Below, piece after piece: positions 45,001 to 55,989 of a DNA stretch of 64,000 nt. The notes beneath the pieces are model-generated. The model did not search any database and had not been told where the DNA came from. It saw only the letters and a list, made by a program, of their open reading frames with translations. Each line of letters begins with the position of its first letter. Position 1 is the first letter of the stretch. Made by a program: the position numbers and the translations under genes. This stretch comes from Squalus acanthias (lineage: Eukaryota), in contig CM059432.1 in assembly GCA_030390025.1 (NCBI GenBank), positions 26,786,001-26,850,000 of the forward strand. Reading direction: 5' to 3'.

Positions 45001-48000
45001 TTGTCAGGCACAGTTAAATAGAACATTGACAGGCACAGTTAAATAGAACATTGACAGGCACAGTTAAATAGACCTTTGACAGGCACAGTTAAATAGATCA
45101 TTGACAGACACAGTTAAATAGAACATTGACAGACACAGTTAAACAGACTTTGTCAGGCACAGATACATAGAACATTGACAGGCACAGTTAAATAGAACAT
45201 TGACAGACAAAGTTAAATAGACCTTTGACAGGCACAGTTAAATAGAACATTGACAGACACAGTTAAATAGACTTTGTCAGGCACAGTTAAATAGAACATT
45301 GACAGGCACAGTTAAATAGAACATTGACAGGCACTGTTAAATAGACTTTGTCAGGCACAGTTAAATAGAACATTGTCAGGCACAGTTAAATAGAACATTG
45401 ACAGACACAGTGAAATAGAATATTGACAGGCACAGTTATATAGAACATTGACAGGCCCATTTAAATAGTCCATTGACAGGCACAGTTAAATAGACCATTG
45501 ACAGGCACAGTTAAATAGATCATTGACAAATCAGTTAAATAGATCATTGGCAGGCACATTTATATTGGCCTTTGAGAGGCACAGTTAAATAGACCTTTGA
45601 CAGGCCCAGTTAAGTGGAACATTGACAGACACTGTTAAAGAGACCATTGACAGGCACAGTTAAATAGAACATTGACAGACACAGTTAAAAAGAACATTGA
45701 TAAGCACAGTTAAATAGATCATTGACAGGCCCAGTTAAATAGACCATTGACAGGCACAGTTAAATAAATCATTGACAGGCCCAGTTAAATAGAACATTCA
45801 CAGACACAGTTAAATCGAACATTGACAGACACAGATTAATAGACCATTGACAGGAATAGTTAAATAGAACATTGACAAGCACAGTTAAACAGACCTTTGA
45901 CAGGGAATGTTAAATAGACCATTGACAGGCACAGTTAAATAGAACATTGACAGGCACAGTTAAAAAGAACATTGACAAGCACAGTTAAATAGACCTTTGA
46001 CAGGCACAGTTAAATAGATCATTGACAAATCAGTTAAATAGATCATTGACAGGCACATTTATATTGGCCTTTGAGAGGCACAGTTAAATAGATCATTGAC
46101 AGACACAGTTAAACAGATCAGTGACAGGCACAGTTAAGTGGAACATTGACAGACACTGTTAAAGAGACCATTGACAGGCACAGTTAAATAGAACATTGAC
46201 AGGCACAGGTAAATAGATCATTTTCAGACACAGTTAAATAGACCTTTGACAGGCCCAGTTAAGTGGAACATTGACAGACACTGTTAAATAGACCATTGAC
46301 AGGCACAGTTAAATAGAACATTGACAGACACAGTTAAAAAGAACATTGATAAGCACAGTTAAATAGATCATTGACAGGCCCAGTTAAATACAACATTGAC
46401 AAGCACAGTTAAACAGACCTTTGAAAGGCACAGTTAAATAGACTTTGACAGACACAGTTAAATAGAACATTAACAGGCACAGTTAAATAGACTTTGACAG
46501 ACACAGTTAAATAGAACATTGACAGGCACAGTTAAATAGACTTTGACAGACACAGTTAAATAGAACATTGACAGGCACAGTTAAATAGACTTTGACAGAC
46601 ACAGTTAAACGAATCATTGACAGGCACAGTTAAATAAAACATTGACAGGCCCAGTTAAATAGAGCATTGACAGGCACAGTTAAATAGACCTTTGACAGGC
46701 ACAGTTAAATAGAACATTCACAGACACAGTTAAATAGACCTTTGACAGGAACAGTTAAATAGAACATTGACAGGCACAGTTAAATAGAACATTGACAGGC
46801 ACAGTTAAATAGAACATTGACAGGCACAGTTAAATGGAACATTGACAGGCACAGTTAAATAGACCTTTGACAGGCACAGTTAAATAGAACATTGACAGGC
46901 ACAGTTAAATAGAACATTGACAGCCACAATTAAATAGATCATTGACAGACACAGTTAAATAGAACATTGACAGACACAGTTAAATAGACTTTGTCAGGCA
47001 CAGTTAAATAGAACATTGACAGGCACAGTTAAATAGAACATTGACAGGCACAGTTAAATAGACCTTTGACAGGCACAGTTAAATAGATCATTGACAGACA
47101 CAGTTAAATAGAACATTGACAGACACAGTTAAATAGAACATTGACAGGCACAGTTAAATAGACCTTTGACAGGCACAGTTAAATAGAACACTGACAGGCT
47201 CTGCTAAATAGACTTTTTCAGGCACAGTTAAATAGATCATTGTCAGGCACAGTTAAATAGAACATTGACAGACACAGTTAAATAGAACAGTGACAGACAC
47301 AGTTAAATAGAACATTGACAGGCACAGTTAAATAGAACATTGACAGGCACAGTTAAATAGACCTTTGACAGGCACAGTTAAATAGAACATTGACAGGCAC
47401 TGTTAAATTGACTTTGTCAGGCACAGTTAAATAGAACATTGACAGGCACAGTTAAATAGAACATTGACAGGCACAGTTAAATAGAACATTGACAGGCACA
47501 GTTAAATAGAACATTGACAGGCACAGTTATATAGAACATTGTCAGGCACAGTTAAATAGACCATTGACAGGCACAGTTAAATAGAACATTGACAGGCACA
47601 GTTAAATAGAACATTGACAGACACAGTTAAATAGAACATTGACAGGCACAGTTAAATAGACTTGGACAGACACAGTAAAATAGAACATTAACAGGCACAG
47701 TTAAATAGACTTTGACAGACACAGTTAAATAGAACATTAACAGGCACAGTTAAATAGACTTTGACAGACACAGTTAAATAGAACATTAACAGGCACAGTT
47801 AAATAGAACATTGACAGGCACAGTTAAATAGAACATTGACAGGCACAGTTAAATAGACCTTGACAGACACAGTTAAATAGAACATTAACAGGCACAGTTA
47901 AATAGACTTTGACAGACACAGTTAAATAGAACATTGACAGGCACAGTTAAATAGAACATTGACAGGCACAGTTAAATAGACCTTTGACAGGCACAGTTAA

Positions 48001-51000
48001 ATAGAACATTGACAGGCACTGTTAAATAGACTTTGTCAGGCACAGTTAAATAGAACATTGACAGGCACAGTTAAATAGAACATTGACAGGCACAGTTAAA
48101 TAGAACATTGACAGGCACAGTGAAATAGAACATTGACAGGCACAGTTAAATAGACCATTGACAGACACAGTTAAATAGAACATTGACAGGCACAGTTAAA
48201 TAGATCATTGACAGACACAGTGAAATAGAACATTGACAGACACAGTTAAATAGACTTTGTCAGGCACAGTTAAATAGAACATTGACAGGCACAGTTAAAT
48301 AGAACATTGACAGGCACAGTTAAATAGACCTTTGACAGGCACAGTTAAATATATCATTTACAGGCACAGTTAAATAGAACATTGACAGACAAAGTTAAAT
48401 AGACCTTTGACAGGCACAGTTAAATAGAACATTGACAGACACAGTTAAATAGAACATTGACAGGCACAGTTAAATAGACCTTTGACAGGCACAGTTAAAT
48501 AGAACATTGACAGGCACTGTTAAATAGACTTTGTCAGGCACAGTTAAATAGAACATTGTCAGGCACAGTTAAATAGAACATTGACAGACACAGTTAAATA
48601 GAACAGTGACAGACACAGTTAAATAGAACATTGACAGGCACAGTTAAATAGAACATTGACAGGCACAGTTAAATAGACCTTTGACAGGCACAGTTAAATA
48701 GAACATTGACAGGCACTGTTAAATAGACTTTGTCAGGCACAGTTAAATAGAACATTGACAGGCACAGTTAAATAGAACATTGACAGGCACAGTTAAATAG
48801 AACATTGACAGGCACAGTGAAATAGAACATTGACAGGCACAGTTAAATAGACCATTGACAGACACAGTTAAATAGAACATTGACAGGCACAGTTAAATAG
48901 ATCATTGACAGACACAGTGAAATAGAACATTGACCGGCACAGTTAAATAGATCATTGACAGGCACAGTTAAATAGATCATTGACAGGCACAGTTAAGTAG
49001 ACCTTTGACAGGCACAGTTAAATATAACATTGACAGGCACAGTTAAATAGATCATTGACAGACACAGTTAAATAGAACATTGACAGACACAGTTAAATAG
49101 AACATTGGCAGGCACAGTTAAATAGAACATTGGCAGGCACAGTTAAATAGAACATTGACAGACACAGTTAAATAGAACATTGACAGGCACAGTTAAATAG
49201 ATCATTGACAGGCACAGTTAAATAGATCATTGACAGGCACAGTTAAGTAGACCTTTGACAGGCACAGTTAAATATAACATTGACAGGCACAGTTAAATAG
49301 ATCATTGACAGACACAGTTAAATAGAACATTGACAGGCACAGTTAAATAGAACATTGGCAGGCACAGTTAAATAGAACATTGACAGACACAGTTAAATAG
49401 ATCATTGACAGACACAGTTAAATAGAACATTGACAGGCACAGTTAAATAGAACATTGACAGGCACAGTTAAATAGAACATTGACAGACACAGTTAAATAG
49501 AACATTGGCAGGCACAGTTAAATAGAACATTGACAGACACAGTTAAATAGATCATTGACAGACACAGTTAAATAGAACATTGACAGGCGCAGTTAAATAG
49601 AACATTGACAGGCACAGTTAAATAGAACATTGACAGACACAGTTAAATAGAACATTGGCAGGCACAGTTAAATAGAACCTTGACAGGCACAGTTAAATAG
49701 AACATTGACAGCCACAGTTAAGTAGACCTTTGACAGGCACAGTTAAATATAACATTGACAGGCACAGTTAAATAGATCATTGACAGACACAGTTAAATAG
49801 AACATTGACAGGCACAGTTAAATAGAACATTGGCAGGCACAGTTAAATAGAACATTGACAGGCACAGTTAAATAGAACATTGACAGACACAGTTAAATAG
49901 AACATTGACAGGCACAGTTAAATAGATCATTGACAGACACAGTTAAATAGAACATTGACAGGCACAGTTAAATAGAACATTGACAGGCACAGTTAAATAG
50001 AACATTGACAGGCACAGTTAAATAGAACATTGACAGACACAGTTAAATAGAACATTGACAGGCACAGTTAAATAGAGTATTGACAGGCACAGTTAAATAG
50101 ATCATTGACAGACACAGTTAAATAGAACATTGACAGGCACAATTAAATAGAACATTGACAGGCACAGTAAAATAAAACATTGACAGGCACAGTTAAATAG
50201 ATCATTGACAGACACAGTTAAATAGAACATTGACAGGCACAGTTAAATAGAACATTGACAGGCACAGTTAAATAGAACATTGACAGACACAGTTAAATAG
50301 AACATTGACAGGCACAGTTAAATAGATCATTGACAGACACAGTTAAATAGAACATTGACAGGCACAGTTAAATAGAACATTGACAGGCACAGTTAAATAG
50401 AACATTGACAGGCACAGTTAAATAGACCTTTGACAGGCACAGTTAAATAGAACATTGACAGACACAGTTAAATAGAACATTGACAGGCACAGTTAAATAG
50501 ACCTTTGACAGGCACAGTTATATAGAACATTGACAGGCCCAGTTAAATAGAACATTGACAGGCACAGTTAAATAGACCTTTGACAGGCACAGTTAAATAG
50601 AACATTGACAGACACAGTTAAATAGAACATTGACAGGCACAGTTAAATAGACCTTTGACAGGCACAGTTATATAGAACATTGACAGGCCCAGTTAAATAG
50701 TCCATTGACAGGCACAGTTAAATAGACCATTGACAGGCACAGTTAATTAGACCTTTGACAGGCACAGTTATATAGAACATTAACAGGCCCAGTTAAATAG
50801 TCCATTGACAGGCACAGTTAAATAGACCATTGACAGGCACAGTTAAATAGATCATTGACAAATCAGTTAAATAGATCATTGGCAGACACATTTATATTGG
50901 CCTTTGAGAGGCACAGTTAAATAGACCTTTGACAGGCCCAGTTAAGTGGAACATTGACAGACACTGTTAAAGAGACCATTGACAGGCACAGTTAAATAGA

Positions 51001-51425
51001 ACATTGACAGACACAGTTAAAAAGAACATTGATAAGCACAGTTAAATAGATCATTGACAGGCCCAGTTAAATAGACCATTGACAGGCACAGTTAAATAGA
51101 TCATTGACAGGCCCAGTTAAATAGAACATTCACAGACACAGTTAAATCGAACATTGACAGACACAGATTAATAGACCATTGACAGGCATAGTTAAATAGA
51201 ACATTGACAAGCACAGTTAAACAGACCTTTGACAGGGAATGTTAAATAGACCATTGACAGGCACAGTTAAATAGAACATTGACAGGCACAGTTAAATAGA
51301 ACATTGACAGGCACAGTTAAATAGATCATTGTCAGGCACAGTTAAATAGATCATTGACAGGCACAGTTAAATAGACCTTTGACAGGCACAGTTAAATAGA
51401 TAATTGACAGGCACTGTTAAATACA
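1..51425. repeat. Satellite DNA array, 25-bp monomer CAGTTAAATAGAACATTGACAG(A/G)CA, about 2,050 head-to-tail copies; continues beyond the left edge
   Basis: Monomer read directly. The 60-nt line pattern recurs every 300 bp (12 x 25). Same orientation throughout. Last degenerate monomers at ~51400-51425 (gataattgacaggcactgttaaatac), followed by unique AT-rich sequence. Confidence 0.99.
27600..51300. repeat. Higher-order repeat zone of the satellite (recurring ordered strings of variant monomers)
   Basis: Diagnostic variant catttatattggcctttgagagg starts at 32332/32831, 39341/39840, 42200/42699 and 45557/46056 (pairs 499 bp apart), plus 50889 and 23381. The variant gacagggaatgtt recurs in the same context. 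Left boundary is approximate. Confidence 0.9.
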
Positions 51426-52035
51426 TTACTGACTTCCATAATTCATTAGACCATTTATCAGTTATAGTCCCCTTTAGCAGGGTGCATGTGTTCTAGATTT
51501 TACTGATTGACAATCCTAATAGATCACATTACACAAACATATTTTCAATCTTTGGTAAACTATCATTCAATGTGCCTTGCGTATAAGTCTTACTGTATTG
51601 CAAGAAAAAACATTCTGGAAGAATAAAAACAAAAAAAGAGAAAGCAATCTTCTGATTTGAAACAGTGACAGGCCTCCATGTTCAACAATTATTTACTGAT
51701 TGTTTATGGAATAAAAATAGAACCATTTTACGTTCAACACAAAAAACAATTCGTAGGCCCCTGTGAGGAGACTGTTCTATTAATTGTTCAATATCTCCCT
51801 TTCTTGCAAATAAATCCCAACTGGAGTATTGTGTCCAATTCTGGGCACCGCACTTTAGGGAGGATGTGAAGGCTTTAAAGAGGGTGCAAGAATGGTTCCA
51901 GTATTGAGGGACTTCAGTTATGTGGATATACTGGAAAAGCTGGGGTTGTTTTCCTTAGAGCAGAGCAGGTTGAGTGGAGATTTGATAGAGGTGTTCAAAA
52001 TCATGTGGGGTCTAGGCAGAGTAGATAGAGAGAAA

Positions 52036-52493
52036 GGGCTGGATTTTCATAGGGCCGTGGAGGCGGGTTTGGAGGCATGTGGGGGGTTAAAATTGCGAAA
52101 AGTGGCGGGCGGACCTGATCCCGCCTCCATTCCGCCTCCACGCAATTTTGATAAAATCGTATGCGGTGTTCCCAACTCCGTCCCACCTCCAAGAGGCGGG
52201 AGAGGCTATTAAAGCCCTTAACAAGCCCTAAATTGGCTCTGTAATGCCATTTTGAAACGTTTTAGCTAGTTTACCCTTTTCCGACGTGAAGCACGACTGA
52301 TGTGAAACACACCAGTGAAACCTAACGGGCGCACAAGTGGATAGCTGACTATCAGCTGCAGGTCCACTATTACAACGGAGATGTGATGAAGGTAGTGGTA
52401 GTATTAGGTCTGAAAGTCGCCTCTGATGCTGCTGCATTGAGTGTCTTCAGAGTCTGCCTGGCCTTTGCTGTGAGAGGACCTGGATGGAAAACA

Positions 52494-52524
<31 letters not shown>

Positions 52525-52797
52525 CTGCTGCTGCTGCTGCTCATTTTGCATCCAGGTCCACTCACAGCAAAGGCCAGGCAGTCTCTGAAGACCTTCAATG
52601 CAGCAGCAATGATGACATCATCAGAGGCGACTTTCAGACTGAAACCACTAATTGGTTCATGGGTTCCCACAAGCTGGAACTCAATTGCCCAATTAGGTGA
52701 AAATTGCATCAATCTCCCACATCCAATTGCAGTCGGGTGGATAACACGAAATTCGGATGACACGACCCCAACCCGCCCCAGTATCAAAATCCAGCCC
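52036..52797. mobile_element. Non-autonomous PIF/Harbinger-like DNA transposon (MITE), 762 bp
   Basis: Perfect 12-bp TIRs GGGCTGGATTTT (52036-52047) and AAAATCCAGCCC (52786-52797). 3-bp TSD AAA (52033-52035 and 52798-52800). Removing it restores the CR1 reading gatagagagaaactgttccca (DREKLFP). Confidence 0.9.
52497..52541. repeat. Compound microsatellite (TC)n(CTG)n in the loop of the MITE's internal inverted repeat
   Basis: tctctc...tctc followed by ctgctgctgctgctgct, read directly. Confidence 0.95.
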
Positions 52798-53399
52798 AAA
52801 CTGTTCCCATTGGCGGAAGGATTGAGAACCAGAGGACACAGATTTAAAGTAATTGGCAGAATATCCAAAGGCGACATGAGGGGAAACTTTTTTCGCAGTG
52901 AGTGGTTATGATCTGGAATGCACTGCCTGAAAGGGTGGTGGAGGCAGATTCAATCATGGCTTTCAAAAGCAAATTAGATAAGTTCTTGAATGAACAAATT
53001 TGCAGGGCTACGGGGAAAGGGCGGACCATTGAGACTAGCTGAAGTGCTCTTGCAGTGATCCAGCACAGACTTGATGGGGTGAATGTCCTCCAACTGTGCT
53101 GTAACGATTCTGTAATTCTATGGCCGCGATTTTACTTACCTCAGCAGGTCCATGGCAGGCGACGTCGGTGGCGGGTCCTGACCCCACTGCTGGCTCCATC
53201 CCGCTCGGGAAAATTATATTCCCTTGATGGGGCTTGTTAAGCCCGCCCAGCGCGTTTCGCAGCCAATTAGACGAAGCAGGTCTGGTGACGTCATTTCATG
53301 ACGCATCATCAGCCGGTTTCCTTAAAGAGACCATGGCCAACTTTATTTTGACATTTGTGCTGTCAGTTTACTTCAGCATTGAAATGCTGCAATCACTGA

Positions 53400-53587
53400 C
53401 AATGCTTATGGAGGGAGTCAGAGCACGCAGGGAGGTCCTCTTCCCTTCCCATGGGCAGAAGAGACCTCCCCAGGAGACCAACGCAGCCTGGTTGCACATT
53501 CCACAGGAGGTCACCAGCAGGGATGTGGTCAGGAGGACCTGGGTGCAGTGGTGCAAACCTTTCAATGATCTCATTAGATCACGAAAT
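53400..53587 (+). pseudogene. Remnant of Harbinger Myb/SANT-like DNA-binding protein exon 1
   Basis: MLMEGVRARREVLFPSHGQKRPPQETNAAWLHIPQEVTSRDVVRRTWVQWCKPFNDLIRS aligns by eye with the minus-strand copy (LVEAVRGRREILFPPDGRRKPPQRTKAAWLRIAEEVS...WIQCRKHFNDLLRS). GTTAGT donor at 53588 in the equivalent position. N-terminal APRF motif and downstream exons are missing. Confidence 0.8.
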
Positions 53588-53799
53588 GTTAGTACAAAAC
53601 CACACTCAACCTCATCCTGCTGTACCTCACATCACATCCCCATAACTCTGCCTTTCCTACCCTACTGCTGCACATCCGTTCTCACACCAACTTACCTTGC
53701 ACCTCCACACAGGTCGTTAACTGTCTGGTTAATCCGATTTTAAAGGGCTGATCAGATTTTCGTAGTTTTTCAGGATGCTGCCCGCCTTCATCAAAACAC

Positions 53800-55128
53800 A
53801 AATATCAACGGAATTAGACAAAGTCAACATGGATTTATGAAAGGGAAATTGTGTTTGACAAACCTACTGGAGTTTTTTGAGGATATAACTGGTAGAATAG
53901 ATAAGGGAGAACCAGTGGATGTGGTGTATTTGGATTTTCAGAAGGCCTTTGATAAAGTCCCACATAAGAGGTTAGTGTGCAAAATTAAAGCACATGGGAT
54001 TGGGGGTAATATACTGGCATGGATTGAAAATTGGTTAACAGACAGGAAACAGAGAGTAGCAATAAATGGGTCTTTTTCGGGGTGGCAGGCGGTGACTAGT
54101 GGGGTACCGCAGGGATCAGTGATTGGGCCCCAGCTATTCACAATATATATCAATGATTTGGATGAGGGAACCAAATGTAATATTTCCAAGTTTGCTGACG
54201 ACACGAAACTCGGTGGGATTGTGAGTTGTGAGGAGGATGCAAAGAGGCTTCAAGGCGATTTAGACAAGTTGAGTGAGTGGGCAAATACATGGCAGATGCA
54301 GTATAACGTGGATAAATGTGAAGTTATCCACTTCGGTCAGAAAAACAGAAAGGCAGAATATTATTTAAATGGTGACAGATTGGGAAATGCTGATATACAA
54401 AGGGACCTGGGTGTCCTTGTACACCAGTCACTGAAAGCAAACATGCAGGTGCAGCAAACAGTTAGGAAGGCAAATGGTATGTTGGCCTTCATTGCAAGAG
54501 GATTTGAGTACAGGAGCAAGGATGTCTTACTGCAGTTATACATGGTCTTGGTGAGACCACACCTGGAGTACTGTGTGCAGTTTTGGTCTCCTTACCTAAG
54601 AAAGGATATACTTGCCATAGAGGGAGTGCAGCGAAGGTTCACCAGACTGATTCCTGGGATGGCAGGACTGTCGTATGAGGAGAGATTGGGTCGACTAGGC
54701 CTGTATTCACTAGAGTTTAGAAGAATGAGAGGGTACTCATTGAAACGTATAAAATTCTGACAGGGCTAGACAGACTGGATGCAGGGAGGATGTTTCCCCT
54801 GGGTGGGGGGTCTAGAACGAGGGGTCACAGTCTCAGGATATGGGGTAGGACATTTAGGACTGAGAGGAGGAGAAATTTCTTCACTCAGAGGGTGGTGAAC
54901 CTGTGGAATTGTCTACCACAGAAGGCTGTGGAGACCAAGTCACTGAATATATTTAAGAAGGAGATAGATAGATTTCTAGACACCAAAGGCATCAAGGGTT
55001 ATGGGGAGAGAGCGGGAATATGGTATTGAGATAGAGGATCAGCCATGATCATATTGAATGGCGGAGCAGGCTCGAAGGGCCGAATGGCCGACTCCTGCTC
55101 CTATTTTTCTATGTTTCTATGTTTCTAT
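53800..55128 (+). mobile_element. 5'-truncated, relatively young CR1-family LINE
   Basis: RT-coding region, ORF2 C-terminus to the stop at 55029, short 3' UTR (ggctcgaagggccgaatggccgactcctgctcc) and octamer tail (TTTCTATG)n ending ~55128. No TSD seen. Confidence 0.95.
53837..55029 (+). pseudogene. CR1 ORF2 reverse transcriptase domain and C-terminus (partial, one frameshift near 54733)
   Basis: VYLDFQKAFDKVPH, GVPQGSVIGP, ISKFADDTKL, RPHLEYCVQFWSP in ORF 53837-54760. Continuation MFPLGGGSRTRGHSLRI...QRVVNLWN in another frame (54790-55029). Confidence 0.93.
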
Positions 55129-55473
55129 AGCTGGTGAATGGAGGCATGTTCACCTCGGACCTCAATAGTTGACAGCTGCTCGAGCAGCTTTAAAGCGGTC
55201 CTGCAAGGTCTCATTCTTTCACATGCCACAACTTAGTGGCTTGATGTTTGGGAGACATTTTAGTGCTCAATTAATCTTGTGAGGTTAGAGTCTGACATCC
55301 ATCTACTTTGTCAGCTCCTTGGAACACCCTCTGGCCACTTTGTCTGAGCACTCACAACCTCCATTCCTTGACTGAGATATCTACCAGCGGTATGGGCTCC
55401 ATTTATTTCCTCTCATCCTGGTCATTATAAACTGAGGAGCAGCAGCCGCGTGGCTCAGCGTAGAGCTTCCTCG

Positions 55474-55590
55474 GAAGAAGAGGAGGAGGATGAGGAAGAA
55501 GAGGAGGAGGACAAGGAAGAAGAGGAAGAAGCGTAGGAGGACAAGGAAGAAGAGGAAGAAGAGGAAGAAGAGGAGGAGGAGGAGGAGGAG
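55474..55590 (+). repeat. Purine-rich (GAR)n low-complexity tract; reads as a poly-Glu/Asp run with an in-frame TAG
   Basis: gaagaagaggaggaggatgaggaagaa... read directly; gcg tag gag interrupts the acidic frame. Confidence 0.9.
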
Positions 55591-55989
55591 GCGCGCCTTG
55601 TAGGCCCTGTTGTAACTAATGCAGTATCCCTCCAGTTCACTGCTGCCCGTCAAGCAGGGCATGCACACTGCCATATCACATTCGCATAAGCTTACTCTTC
55701 AACTATAAGTGGCTACCATATGGCTCTCTAATTGTAGGCGACCTTCCTCCAATGTCATACATCATCTCTGCTATAACCAGTTCTTTCCTATTATTTTCAC
55801 CATCATCATTACAAATGCAAGTCGCCCTGAGGCTTCAATGCGCATTTGCCATTTCCCAGAACATATAGGCAACACATTCAACTGTTTGTCATCATTTTTG
55901 TTTGCTACATTGACAAAAGGATCACAATGCAAACTCTTAAGTAGAAGCAGAAAAATCATGACAAAACACCCAAGTGAGTCCCCTTGTGA

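Larger units (their letters stand above)
51815..53121 (+). mobile_element. Degenerate CR1-family LINE 3' fragment, split by a MITE at 52036-52797; tail interrupted at 53121 and resuming at ~58593
   Basis: CR1 ORF2 C-terminal motifs: ctggagtattgtgtccaattctgg (LEYCVQFW), LEKLGLFSLEQSRLSGDLIEVFKIM, then KLFPLAEGLRTRGHRFKV after the insertion. Ends in an ATTCTRTG-like tail (gattctgtaattctat). Confidence 0.9.

Noticed and set aside
1..51425. CRISPR array or bacterial promoter array (TTGACA in every unit)
   Set aside because: Repeats are directly head-to-tail with no unique spacers and no cas genes, and the context is eukaryotic. TTGACA is incidental.
51666..51674. gtgacaggc as a detached satellite monomer in the flank
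   Set aside because: Too short to distinguish from chance.
52383..52877. Pair of similar ORFs on opposite strands suggesting a duplicated gene
   Set aside because: Explained by the internal inverted repeat and microsatellite of the MITE.
55381..55674. Poly-Leu/Phe and poly-Ser ORFs resembling membrane or low-complexity proteins
   Set aside because: Antisense readings of the (GAR)n tract.
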